Source: Chrysomallon squamiferum (Eukaryota > Animalia > Mollusca). Taken from it: a DNA stretch of 64,000 nucleotides. Below, piece after piece: positions 1 through 13,163 of this stretch (within the stretch, counting starts at the first letter, position 1; each line of letters begins with the position of its first letter). The notes under the pieces were generated by a model. It was not told the origin of the DNA and ran no database searches. It saw nothing but the letters and a program-made list of their open reading frames with translations. The DNA is taken from positions 11,160,001 to 11,224,000 of the forward strand of contig CM022679.1 of assembly GCA_012295275.1 (NCBI GenBank), written 5' to 3'. Position numbers and translations under genes: made by a program.

Positions 1-378
1 AAAGATAACAGCTCAAAAGTTTCATATAATATTAATCTTTAAAAAAATTATAAATACATAATCAGTTCTTAAACTGATCACATTAATTTACAGAACTGCT
101 TCTCAGGTATATATTTGACATGTTAATAATAATTCTGATTGTCTATTATCTGCAACATACAAAAGGACTACATACTGTTTGTAAATAAATATCTGAAATG
201 TGTTTTAAAATCTTCACTCTGAGATATAAAAATGAATCTCTATGGCAGTGTGGACAAATGTACTTATTACCAGGATTCACTGTTATAAACATTAATTTGA
301 TCAATTTTTATTTCCATTAAAACTGATAGTTACTTTTAATTTGTGACTATTATTAGAGATATTTTGTTTGAGTCAAAC

Positions 379-1792
379 CTGACTTGGTTTAGGAAGATGT
401 AATTGTTGTGGGAGAAAGCTCATCATTTTTTCCTGTTCCAGCTTGATTTTCATGTGTCTTTTTATTTTCTCCAATTTCCACTGATACTGTCTATCTGTCT
501 AGCAAAAAGAAAACTATTTAAAATACAGTTGTATCAACTACTCCATGTATATGTATTGTGTTCCTTGGTTCACAGACACATACACAGACACACACACACA
601 TATTAAATTAACAATTAAATTCTAAATCAGAAAATGTTTGCAAACAAAAAAGAAGAAAAATTTATCAATACCACACAAAACTCCGAAATTTTGTGATACT
701 AGATATAAAAAGAGAGAATTTAAAAAAATAATAATTAAATATCATAATACTGAAATAATTAAAAAATATATTTAAAAATAAATTCCATAAACCAGTTACA
801 AGATGCAAATTATTATTTCAGTCACACTTCTTTAAAAGAAGAATCTAAAATTAAAATAACAATTTTTTTTCTAAAGGTCTTAATCACAAAATGATTTTTA
901 CAAACACATTACATACTATGTGGATCAAGGGTTATAGAGATTTGAATGTTGTGTGTTGCTTCATTTAGTTCTCCAAGTATTTCTTCCACTGAAGCAAGAG
1001 ACGCATGAAGACCAGGAGTTATCTGCCCTTTCTTTATCAAAGCTTTTAATTTGTTCTTTTCACTGGACAGAAACATTTTTCCAGCTTCTGTTCTGTATAA
1101 AAGAAAACATGATAATGTTATCACATAAATAGTGGTTTTATAATGTTTATCTTATTTATTAAGACTGCCATGAAATATTAATTTTCCATAAACAAATTAT
1201 TATAGATACAAATAGGCTTTTTAATTAATAATAATAATTATTATTATTATTATGACTACTACTACTATTCCTCCTATTACTACTATTATTTTGATTCAAA
1301 TATATTCTGTAAGAAAATTAAATAGAAATCTAACATTCTTCAAATAATTTGCAATAAAAAAAAAAACACTGACTTTTACAAATACCAGCATACAGATTAA
1401 CAAATGCAATGTTAATAAAAAAAAACATTCAACTTCTTCATCTCTTACCTAGCTACCCAGTAAATCAGAGTTTTGGGATTTGTTGATTTTGGAATTTTCA
1501 TGTCAGAAAACAAATATCTACCAGTATGTCGCCACCATTTTGCCAAGACAGTTTCAGCAAAATCCACATTAAAACTGTCGTCTTGCCGTGGTTTTTTGTT
1601 TTCAGAATAATTTTCAGCAGATTTACCTTTTCTTTTTAAATCAGTTTCCACCTCACTTTCTAGAGAGTGACTTTTACTAGAAATGTGTTTGTTGTTTTTG
1701 TTTTCTGACTGGATTTTGTGTGTTGACTGTGTTACAGGCCATTCACTTATTAACTGAATATCATTATAAACTCTTTCAGAGTCTGAAATCAT
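379..1792 (-). CDS. Uncharacterised protein, 5' coding exons of a gene that probably continues beyond the left edge; exons 1792-1449, 1092-917, 494-379
   Basis: ORF MISDSERV...TLIYWVAR ends at AG|GTAAGA (1449). The phase-matched acceptor TATACAG at 1092 continues RTEAGKMFL...DPH to A|GTATGT (917). Acceptor CAG at 494 continues NRQYQWKLEKIKRHMKIKLEQEK...PKPSQ to CAG|GTTTGA (379); if that donor is unused the frame ends V-stop at 373. Phases agree across both introns. I do not recognise the family. Confidence 0.65.
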
Positions 1793-2421
1793 TGTGAAAA
1801 ATGTTCCAGTATTTTTTTTGGATTTATTTTAAATTTGTTTTTAAATTTTACATCTTCTGTATAATGTAACACATTTTCCTTCATGTGAAGTCTTGTGTGT
1901 AGATTTTTCCTGAAAGAGAAAAATAAATAAATAAATAAATAAATGTATACTTATTAGAAAATAACAAACGGGGGAAAATATATTATGTCATAAATATCAA
2001 ATGTTTTGATGACATTTGATATTCTAAGTATATAAAAGTGACAATCTTAATAACAATTAAACGACATATAATGTAATATGTCACAGAGAACATTAATATT
2101 AAAAAAAAAAAAAAAAAAAAAAACTGAAATAGAAAGAATTATCTGGCATATGTACCTGAAATTAAGATATAATATTCTCAATTCTTTATTTTGATTATTA
2201 TCCAACTAATTCAGTAACTTAGTTATTAATACTTCTGTTAGTGTTACGCTTTCGTTTTATCTTCAATCTGCTGTACAATCATAAACTGATAAAGTGATAT
2301 GCCCATATGGGTCATATCAAAACGAAAGCATGGCTAATTCATGATATATCTGGGTATAGCTATAATTAAATATGTAACGAATATATAATAATATAAAGTA
2401 CATGTAAAAAGATAAACATAC

Positions 2422-2640
2422 CATCTTATTTCTTATCCGACTTTAGGAAAGGATTTCGATGAAGGCGAAAGCGATCTAAGGGAAATAACTCTAAATAAAA
2501 TTTCTTTCATTAAGACCATGTAACTTCAAGGATTTGTTCTTTCAGCGTTAAGAAAAGAATAAAGTGGTTATATAAAAATGCGACAGGTTACATATAGTTT
2601 GTCCATCTGTTGCCAACATCTGCAATGTTCCTCCTTTATG
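2422..2640 (-). other. Probable first (5' leader) exon and promoter of the left-edge gene
   Basis: Donor ATG|GTATGT at 2422/2421 and matching acceptor TTCTCTTTCAG before 1909. CpG density rises here, as expected near a TSS. The upstream boundary is approximate. Confidence 0.45.
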
Positions 2641-2738
2641 TTAATTTTAATATTTATTTATTTTAACTCCGTTTACTTAAGAGAGATAATCGAAAATACA
2701 TTTAATACCTCTTGAAAGTGTAATAAGGTAAAAACAAA

Positions 2739-2784
<46 letters not shown>

Positions 2785-2878
2785 GCATAAAAAATAAAAT
2801 AAAATAAAATAAAATTTTTTTTTTATTTTAAAAAAAAGATGAGACAACTGTGTATTAATAAAAAAAAAATATTTTTAA

Positions 2879-2911
<33 letters not shown>

Positions 2912-3517
2912 AAAAGAGAAACAACATTTCATGAAATGAACAAATTAAATGAGACCTCGTCTTTGTTAATATTTATACTTTAATAAAACTGAGTTTAAAA
3001 GGTGTTATAAACGAAAATCAGTAGGTAATAAGTGTATCAGTATCAAGGATCAAATGAATTACTGCGAAAAAGGGAATTCAAAAATTGGTTTTAATTGTTT
3101 GGGGGTTTTTTTGTTTGTTTTTTTTGTTGTTGTTTTTTTTAACACAAAAAGAAAGAAAGAAAAGACACAAAACCACAAAAAGGGTGGGAGAAAGAAGCCA
3201 TTTTTATAGTTACCGAAAAAAAGAAGAGAAATTATTAAAGAAATCTAAACGTTTCATTGTAGACTTCTTTCCAAATAAAACTGGCACTGATACCGATTTA
3301 AATGGCTTAAACTTCAAATGATTTACTAAATTTATTTGGAATGCATGAATGTGGAAGGAAAATCAGGGTGCTTGAAAGTATTTACATTTTACATAGTGTT
3401 TGTTAGTAAACGTAGACTAAAACAGTCATATTGAGATAACGATTATAATAGACAAAAGCGAACTTCCTGTTCCAAATTCAACTGAATTATTTCCCTTATA
3501 TTACATAATCGAGACAC

Positions 3518-3605
3518 ATAGATAGATAGATAGATAGATAGATAGGTAGGTAGGTAGGTAGGTAGGTAAGCAGGTAGGTAGGTATGTGCATATGAAGGTA
3601 TGTAT
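3518..3605. repeat. (GATA)n/(GGTA)n compound microsatellite
   Basis: Directly visible tetranucleotide arrays. Confidence 0.9.
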
Positions 3606-4080
3606 GCATGCGTTCTACTATATCAATTATATCTTAAATATCTTAAGAGTTTTAATTTTTCTTTTCTTTTCTAAATCAAATATGGTATCAGTTACATAAA
3701 TATATACAATTCATAAATTTAACACCTGCATCCAGTTCATTCCTTGGCTATAATAGCCAATAAAGGTGTTGTTGTTGTTTTTTTTTTTTTTTTTTTTTTT
3801 TTTGTTGCTTTTCTCTGTTTCTGTTGTTTGTTTTATCACGGGGTGTTTTTTTTGGGGGGGTGTATATTTTTTAATATTTTTTTATGCGTTTTTTTGTTGT
3901 TGTTTTGTTTCTTTGTTTCTTTTTTTTTTCTTTCTTTCTTTCTTTCTTCAATTCTTCTTTCTATTAGCAAAACTAGTGGAATGATTAAGTGTATTAAACA
4001 TTTTGTCTTGAGAAAGTCGAGTGTTATAAGCTTCGGTAATGTCTTCTCTGTCAAGCTTGTTCGAAATATCTTCTACTTGA

Positions 4081-4180
4081 CCAGCTAGCACATTGATACA
4101 GCCGAAAGGGTGACCCTCGTCTGACCCAGATTATGCCAACTGAAGGCCGTCTTTGGTCAGAAAAAAAATGTGCTAGCTGG
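4081..4180. mobile_element. ~100-bp MITE-like element with perfect 14-bp terminal inverted repeats
   Basis: CCAGCTAGCACATT at 4081-4094 and AATGTGCTAGCTGG at 4167-4180, with a GC-richer interior. CCCAG-type termini resemble animal CMC/EnSpm-like non-autonomous elements (family assignment is inference). No clean TSD. Confidence 0.6.
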
Positions 4181-4428
4181 GTAATTTCCGTGAATAAATC
4201 AGAATTAATCAGTATTCAACACTAGGGTACTTTCCTTCCGTTTGTGTGTTCGTGGTGTGGGTGAGGGTGTGTGCGTGTGGGTGTGAAAAACATTTTACAC
4301 GTATAACACTGACGTCGTTCTTTAATCCACCTATTCATGATGTCTATCAGGCTTAGGCTCTTCGAGACCAAAGTATTTCGTGAGCCAAACATTTCTTTTT
4401 GCGACTGATGGGTAAATGATGAATGCAA

Positions 4429-4436
4429 TGACGTCA
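4429..4436. promoter_or_regulatory. Perfect CRE palindrome TGACGTCA
   Basis: Exact consensus in a CpG-rich block. CRE-like half sites also occur near 4310, 5218, 14527 and 14903. Confidence 0.4.
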
Positions 4437-4543
4437 CGGAGAGTAATTGCCAAGCCCACGACCAGAATAACTGCAGCGATGGCTTGCGTGAATTTGAAAT
4501 TAGAAGAAAAAAATATATAAAAATAGAAACAGAAGAAGAACAA

Positions 4544-4579
<36 letters not shown>

Positions 4580-4708
4580 TCTGAAAGACATTTCATGGTG
4601 TTAACTGAAATCTCGGAGTTTTATGAAGTGTTCAGTTTGCGATAAAGATGCGATATATTTAATACATCGTTCATTTGTCCTAGCTTTACATGAATGAGCA
4701 TGTGAAAG

Positions 4709-4711
<3 letters not shown>

Positions 4712-4770
<59 letters not shown>
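4712..4770. repeat. (GA)n microsatellite
   Basis: Directly visible. Confidence 0.95.
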
Positions 4771-4775
<5 letters not shown>

Positions 4776-5042
4776 CAAATGACATTCTGTTGACAGCATG
4801 TGTTAAAATACGAGGGAAACAGTCCGGAAGAGTTTGAGAAAATGTCAATCGCTACTTTCAGGAAATACAATCAAATTAATCTACCTTATTTACTTTTGAT
4901 TTATCAGATAAACGAACAACGCGTCAAAGTAACACTTTTATTTTTTTTAATTTTTTTTTTTTCGACCCTGCTGAAAGTTCCCTCTGCGTACAAATTTAGT
5001 TTCTTTGCAGGCTAAAATTGAAAAGGTAAAGTGATGATATAG

Positions 5043-5107
5043 ATCTCCTAGGAAACCGTGTCTTTGAAAAATTAAATTATTGTAATCATCCGTCTTTTCT
5101 GTCAGTC
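5043..5107 (+). promoter_or_regulatory. Candidate core promoter: RFX X-box-like ATCTCCTAGGAAAC (5043-5056) plus initiator TCAGTC (5102-5107)
   Basis: Motif matches read from the sequence, followed by a CpG-rich segment ending at donor ATG|GTAAAT (5255/5256). Confidence 0.35.
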
Positions 5108-5379
5108 ACTGAGCCCTTCCCACTCTCGTCACCGCAGTCTCGGAAGAACGTGAAAGGGAAATCGGATTTCAGTATTGGCAATGTTCTACATCATTTGCGA
5201 CATAAACACATCAAACATGACGTGTACGTCGATGTATCGGATTAGTAGTTCTATGGTAAATGGTAGCTGTGTTGACAAAAAATAAAAATGAGTTATTTGT
5301 TTCCTTCCTGCTCTTTTATTTTTATTTTATTTATTTATTTTTTATTTATTTTTTTTTATTTTTTTTTTTATTATTATTA

Positions 5380-5424
<45 letters not shown>

Positions 5425-5778
5425 TGTTTTTTGTTTTTTTTTTAAATTTATTTATTTATTCTTTTTTCATTTTATTTTATTTTTTTATTATTATTTATTA
5501 TCCATTTATTATTTTATTATTATTATTATTATTATTATTCGGTTTTTTCCTCAATCAGAATTAAAATGAAATATAAAAAAAAGAAAAATCGTTTTCAGTA
5601 AAAAAAAAAAAACAATTCTCATTAATCAAGAAGTCTAGGAATAAAAAAACGATGTGATGAAACAGTAATCTTTCTCTCATTTTTTTTTTTTTTTTTTTTT
5701 TTTTCTTAATACGTTTTCCTTTCAGTTCACAGTACCGTGATTCTTTTCGCATTATTCGTCTCATTTTTTTTTTACTTT

Positions 5779-5781
<3 letters not shown>

Positions 5782-5862
<81 letters not shown>
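5782..5862. repeat. (CT)n microsatellite
   Basis: Directly visible. Confidence 0.95.
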
Positions 5863-5864
<2 letters not shown>

Positions 5865-6799
5865 ACAAATTTCGATTTTCTGACAATCTGTAATTTCCTC
5901 TTTTCTTAATTTTAAAATATTTTATTTCTAATAAATTCTTTCCTTTGATTTTTCTCACATGCATACTGAAAGCAATAACAAATATGTTGATTCTGTGCTG
6001 ATTTCGTCTGACATTTTGTTCAACGGATTTAAAAAATAAATAAATAAAATAATAAAGGAAGTAAGAGAGAAACTGAAAGAAAACAAAAAAAGGTAGAAAG
6101 AAAACTAATCATATTCCAAACAGGATATTGCTAATTCATGATAGCCATTATTGTGTACTTAAAAAAAAAAAAAAAAAAATTAAAAAAGCTTGATATTTAG
6201 TTTAAGTGACATAGTCATTTTCAAGAGGAATGTTTATCAATATTTTATGGAATCCTTTAAAAAGTTATTGCCTTTTAAAATTTCCAAATCAATCTGTTTT
6301 TCTTTCTTCTTCTTCGTCTTTTTAATCCTCATTTGCTAATTGATATTTGAATTCTCATATTTGAATCGAAAAAAAAAAAATATATATATATATTCAAAGA
6401 AAAATGAATACGAGCATTTCAAACGTACTTGTTTAAATCATAATTATTGACGTATGTGTTTTTATATTACAGCTTTCGGTGTTTTATAAATCAAAATATT
6501 TTGACAACCGGTTTTTCATTGGAAAAGAAGTGGACATCAATGTGTTGGAAACATTTTGATGAAATGAGTTTCATTTTATGTTACTAGCGGGGGACCACAA
6601 GTGTCGGAAACGCCCATAGCGTGGATCTGAACCAAAATGTCAATATGCATACCTCTATAATATGTTTGTGAAAGTTCTATTAAAAGTACTAAGAATATAA
6701 TAAATAAATATATACTAGTACCATCTCAAACGCGGTGCAGTAAATCGAAACACTTCTAATGATGATCTTATTATGTAGATTCATACTACTCATCTACAG

Positions 6800-7252
<453 letters not shown>

Positions 7253-7825
7253 GAAGAAAAAAAATAAAAAAGGAAAGATGAAGTATTTTCTAATGAGCGT
7301 GCGGCTCTCGTGTCTAACTATTTTAAAAAAAAAAAAAAAACGAATTACTCAACCAATATCCACCGGATCGATATTCGGTAATTTTCTTCAATCATGGCGC
7401 TTTGGCTGAATCTTTCATAACACGGTTAACATTAAAGACAGTGGATTTAATAAAAACACAAAAGGAAGCAATTTCGGTCCGTTTCAACTCATAAAGGGCA
7501 TTTTTATGGAAATCCTTTTATCCAGCAGAGGATTTTTTTGACGAAATTACCCAGTTTGAGAGTTATGGTCAGGCAAACCAAATCTATGAAGTGGAAACAA
7601 CGAAAATAGATTGGTTTAGATTAACTTGTTTCTGGCAGTTGTTGTCAGGCTATGATTAAAGTACGCTTTTCGGGACAAGACCTTTAATCCGTGTGTAGAT
7701 AAAAGAAATTTATATTTATATATTTATTTCATGCACAGTTTATATCGAAACACGTTTTAATAATGTTTTACGTGAACTATTTACTTAATATTCAAATTAG
7801 AAACTGTTTAGTGGAAACATTAGAC

Positions 7826-8038
7826 CAGGGGTGCGCAAACTTAGGCCGCTGTGTTTTAATTCCACTGACACTACGGTCGCACAAATTTCACTGTGATTAC
7901 AATAAATCTGAAAGCGTAACATATACGATTTTGCGTAATTTTCTAACGATAAACCTCTGTGACAGTTATAGGAAAGTAATGGTATATGAGTGTTTATGAG
8001 AATTAAAATGTGATCAGGCTGCAGGTTTCTCACCCCTG
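7826..8038. mobile_element. hAT (Charlie-like) MITE, 213 bp
   Basis: TIRs CAGGGGTGCGCAAACT and (reverse complement) CAGGGGTGAGAAACCT. The 8-bp TSD CATTAGAC (7818-7825) / CATTAGTC (8039-8046) has a central TA, typical of Charlie/Buster hATs. Confidence 0.85.
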
Positions 8039-10985
8039 CATTAGTCTAAAAGGCAGACACGACGTAATGTACATTTAACGTTGTATTACTCAAATATACT
8101 CAGTTTTCTACTGCAAGGGTACCTGTCTTGTACGGATACCAGTAGGGCCAAGCAAAAGTGTTCCTATACTGCAGGTGTCCTCTCATCAGAGGGTGAAACA
8201 TTACAGAAGGTATTTTTGAACATATTTACAATTTTTAATAAATTTTATTATTATTATTTTTTTTTTTTTTTTTTTTATAGTTTATCACCAAGAAGAAAGA
8301 AAAATTACTGAAATCCTTTGACTTATGGTAGATCTGTATATGATAATGGATTGACCAATTACTCAGTATCTGCGATATAATCCGCTCAAAATGATCCAAT
8401 CACCGGTGATTAAGTCGTTACTAAAGTAAAGGCTTTGAAAATTAGATAGATGGACTTAGCTGAGTATTCAGTCTTTATTAGAAATATTTCAGAACTAGCA
8501 CATTAAGACAGAATAATTGAAAAAATGTCCAACCATACTAATTTACCATCCCTTTTGCATTGTATTTCATCTTAGTTTAACTGATCTAAAGAATAAATTT
8601 GGGCAATAAATATACTGTCCAAAGCAATTACAACTTCTAAATTTTAAACCGATTACGCGTCAATAAAAAGGCCTTAAACTGGATTTGCACAAAACATCTA
8701 GCAGATGGCATGATACTGACATAAACCCATAAAAACATGTTGCGACTTACTGCACATGTAAAGCAAGTGATGACCGGGAAATGCTGAAAACAAAGGAACA
8801 AAGAATGGTATTTCATCACTTTAAATTTACAAACGGCCTATTCTGGACATAAGACTATAATAATAATAACCAGTCTGATAATGTTTTGCAGACGTAACAG
8901 TAACTTAAGACATTTGCCTATTGACATCACCCCGTTTCGGATTTTGGCTATGTTCCAAAACAATTCTCTTATTGACAGAATGAACGCCAACAACTGAAGA
9001 TGGAAAAAGTCACGAAATGACTTGAAAGGCAGGTTAATATGAGATAAGTCAGGAACCATTAACATCAGTTGTACGTACAGTATAATTGTTCTGACACAAA
9101 GCAAGTGAACAGGAAAATCCACTATCGTAGTAACTGAAATTCTTCATAGATTAGAATGATTATATCGTCTTTGTGTGCGTTTATTAAACAAATTTGCGAA
9201 TGGAAAATAATTTTCGTTTTTAAAAGAAAAGTGGCATGATTATTCCATAAAAAGATGGATTGGAAAGTCTTGTTGGTTGTACTAACTATTTATTTATCAT
9301 CCGAAATAGAGTGAAGCAGACAAACTACTCTTAAGAAAATATCGTAACTGATTGGTACGTGTGTATTATTTCCGAATCTGGATCGATGTGTATAAAACTA
9401 CAAACTGCTTAGAACTCCGATTTAATCTGGTCAGTAAACACGACACTAATCTTCACCTGTCAATAATATATTTCTTTGTCAGTGTTTTCCGCCGACAGAT
9501 ACATCAACCGTTAAAACATATCCTATAAATATAAGAAAGAATTATTGACCGAAGCTGTCCTCTGCCAATAGGGGCGCCATCTACAAGTCTCTACAAAATG
9601 ATCTATCAATCACCCCTAGATTCGAGTCTTATAATTCTGTTATCGTGTTCTTTTGATTAATGTGTTTCCAGCTAATGGGCAAACTCCTGTTCTATTTTTC
9701 GACTATTTAGTGTTTGTAGAACATCACGATTTGCAAGCACTGGACAAATGATGTCACGCAACGACCAGAAATAGAAAGATGACTTATTAGAAAAACTGAA
9801 AAGTCAACGATTATTCTCTCAAGAATTGCGTGTAGCAGTAACTGATTAAAAGTATTGATTTATATGTACAAATATACTTTTTAGAAACAATATTTGATTT
9901 AGTTTAGTTTTCTTTTTTCTTTTGTCTTGTTTATTTTTTTTCTTATTCTTCTTTTTTTTTCTTTTTTTCATTTGTGTGTTTTTTATTATAATTATTTTTT
10001 TATCTTGATCTTTTTTCTTTTTTATATAATTACTGTTGTTGTTTTTGTTGTTGCAGCAGTTTTTTTGTTTGTTGTTGCTCTTCTTGTTTTTCAATCTTTA
10101 TAGATTTGTTGTAGTATGTAAGAGTAAATTGTTTTCAGCGTTTGGTAATAATACTGCTAGGTTGCAATGTGGTGACATTTAAATATCACATTCTACTTAA
10201 ATTCAATAATTTATCTTATTCCAACATTTCAGTTTGGTTTTTATTTACAATTATTAGATTTCTTCTTACATGATTAGTTGATTTAGATTTTAAATTCATT
10301 TATTCATTCATTCATTCATTTATATATTTTGTTTTGTTTTGTTTTGTTTTGTGTTGCTTGTTTATTTACTTACTTAGCTATTGGAATTAATTTCGGTATT
10401 GTTACTATTTTATTAATTATTATTATTCTCAAAACGATTACATTAGTATATCAGTACATTACTATGAGAGAAAAACAAAAATCGATATAGTGACCCCATA
10501 TTCTGTCAGATCCTTTATTGCAGTGTATTTGATACTGATACACCTACCAATAACATAATCACAGAGGTTAAATGAAGGTTAGAAAAACATCACGCCAGAG
10601 TGTATAATTAATATTAACACTTATTATTAACTGACGGAAACACCCCATACTCTCTCACATTAAGAAACAGATGCCTGTCATAACAAGAACTGATTTCTGA
10701 TACATGTTATCAGAACTGGTTTGGTACTGAAGTAAACATTAATTTTCTGGTATAAGGCCAGAAAAGACTGGTAAGGTGAATAATTCGACGTTTAACATCG
10801 ACTTGGTGTTAGTGTTATGTTAAATAAAAAAATGTTTAATAATAATGAAATAATTATTATGTGTATGGAAAGCGGTGGCGTATGTTGTTACCCTATTTCA
10901 AGTTTATTTACTCTTCTTATTGTTATTTTTTATTTTTATTATTATTATTATTTTTTTTTTTAAATTTTTATTATTATTATTTTAA

Positions 10986-11019
<34 letters not shown>

Positions 11020-11359
11020 ATTATTATTATATATATATATATAAATGAAAGATTTATTATGTGTTTAAAAACTGAAACCTAATATTACAATATATTCGTA
11101 AATGGACAGTAAACTATTACCTATATACAACGTGCAGTAAATGGCTAGTATAAAACCATATAAACAAATTAATTTAATTATTACAAATTTTATCTGATTT
11201 TCAGACCTAGCCTACATAATATTTACAAATAATATTGTGATGGGTTCTTTAAATACTGTAAAAAAAAAATGATTGTTTTTGCTGCTGTTTCAAATAATTT
11301 AAATCGATTGACTTCTGGTTTATGTTGAACCAGTATTTCAAAAAAATAATTTAAAATAA

Positions 11360-11369
11360 TAATAATATA

Positions 11370-11450
<81 letters not shown>
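11360..11450. repeat. (AAT)n/(AAAT)n microsatellite
   Basis: Directly visible. Similar arrays occur at 2741-2780, 19770-19880, 30462-30537 and 50101-50160. Confidence 0.9.
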
Positions 11451-11454
<4 letters not shown>

Positions 11455-11778
11455 AAAAAAAATAGTAATAAAATTAAATTAAAAAAAATAAAACAAATAA
11501 AACAAAAATAAACACTATGAGATTTTTCGTTAACTTCAATATTAATTATTTAAAATTTTATACGATTATATATATATATTTATTTATTTATTTATTTATT
11601 TATTTATTTGCGATTATAAATAAATAGGATGGAGCTGGTCGTTTTGAATGTAGATTTAAACAACAACAACAACAACAATAATAATAATAAAGTAAATAAT
11701 TTTTATTTTTTTAAGAAAAACAATTATATCATTCAAGAATTTGAATTAATGTCTTTGTTTGGCTCTCTCTTTCTATCA

Positions 11779-11813
<35 letters not shown>

Positions 11814-13118
11814 ATACACAAACATTATGACATTCTAATTGATAATTAACTTTTGCATTTTTAAAACAAAAATTCTAAAAATCTAAATCGGTATATAACT
11901 GTAATAATTACCTTTTTAAACATGTTTTTTCTTTTCTTTTTCTTCCAGTTAAAAATAGAAGAATATAAAGATAAATGCTTAAACTATCACTCGGGTCGTA
12001 AACAATAATTAATCAATCATCGGCTTTTTCCTTCTGCTTCTTCTTCTTCTTCTTCTTCTTTTTTTATTTTTTTCTTTTTTTTTTTTTTTTTTTTTTTCTC
12101 CAGAGGCGTGCAATCTTGCGCATGTCGGCAACTCGCTAACATTTCTTAGAAGTGTCCAGTGATTCTGATTCTTCAAGACTGCTGACGGGTGAATTTCTTG
12201 ATTTTCTCTGAAAGGAGACTCGTAATCTCGTTTAGTATTCTATTTGAATGTTTAGCCCCTTCGGTATTGTAAAGCAAGGCGTTCGCTTTGCTCGGACGAG
12301 TTGATCGATAAATCGTACTTGTTTTCGGCCGGTGTTCTTGCGCGTTCCCGACGGAAATACACGACTTTTATTGATTTCAGTTCTAACTTTAAACGATTGA
12401 AGCAGATTAGCGTACTGCACTGCACACATTTCCTAGTGACCCGGAATTAGACTTCACTTCTAATTGGACTTGGGTCTCAGTCGTCAATTCACAAACGCAA
12501 TTGCCCATTAAAGCTGTGATCCCTAGTTAGACGGCAAATATGTCACTTTAAAAATAGCAAAATTCGATAATTTGACCAATAAGAAATAAATCAATCACAG
12601 AAGTCTACAGTGTAATCATTTCATTCGTGTTTGTTTGTTTTGTTATGTTGTTTTTTTCTCTCTCTCTCTTCTTCTCTTAAAATAATAATAATAACAATAC
12701 TACTACTACTACTACTAATAATAATAATAATAATAGCCGCAGAACACTTGTACTCCCAAACAAATCTCTACTACAAATCAAGGAAGACAAAAGAAACAAA
12801 AACGACAAAAAGGACGGCAGTCTTCCCTGAAACGAAAGACGTATAAAATAAAAGGAAGTAAGTGTCTGAATAATGCAGTGTTCCTTTTATGGATCCGCAT
12901 TCTAAATGACTCTTGTTGAACTGTGACCAGAAACGGCGAATGGAAGTGACAGGCCATGTATCATCGTCTTTCTTTTAATTTCGTTTTATTTCATTTTCGT
13001 TTTAGGAACAAGAGTATTTCATATTAACCTTATTATTATATTAGAGGATCTTGTTCATATGAAATAAATAATAATTAGTATAGTTTCTTATTCTTTTTCT
13101 TTCTTTTTTTCCCTCTCT

Positions 13119-13163
<45 letters not shown>

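Noticed and set aside
6585-6700. Segment resembling a Helentron/HINE-type non-autonomous element fragment
   Set aside because: No subterminal inverted repeats or 3' hairpin could be delimited; too weak to call.
10149-10170. TAATACTGCTAGGTTGCAATGT resembles the miR-8/miR-200 seed
   Set aside because: The 3' half diverges and there is no well-paired 5' arm at pre-miRNA distance.
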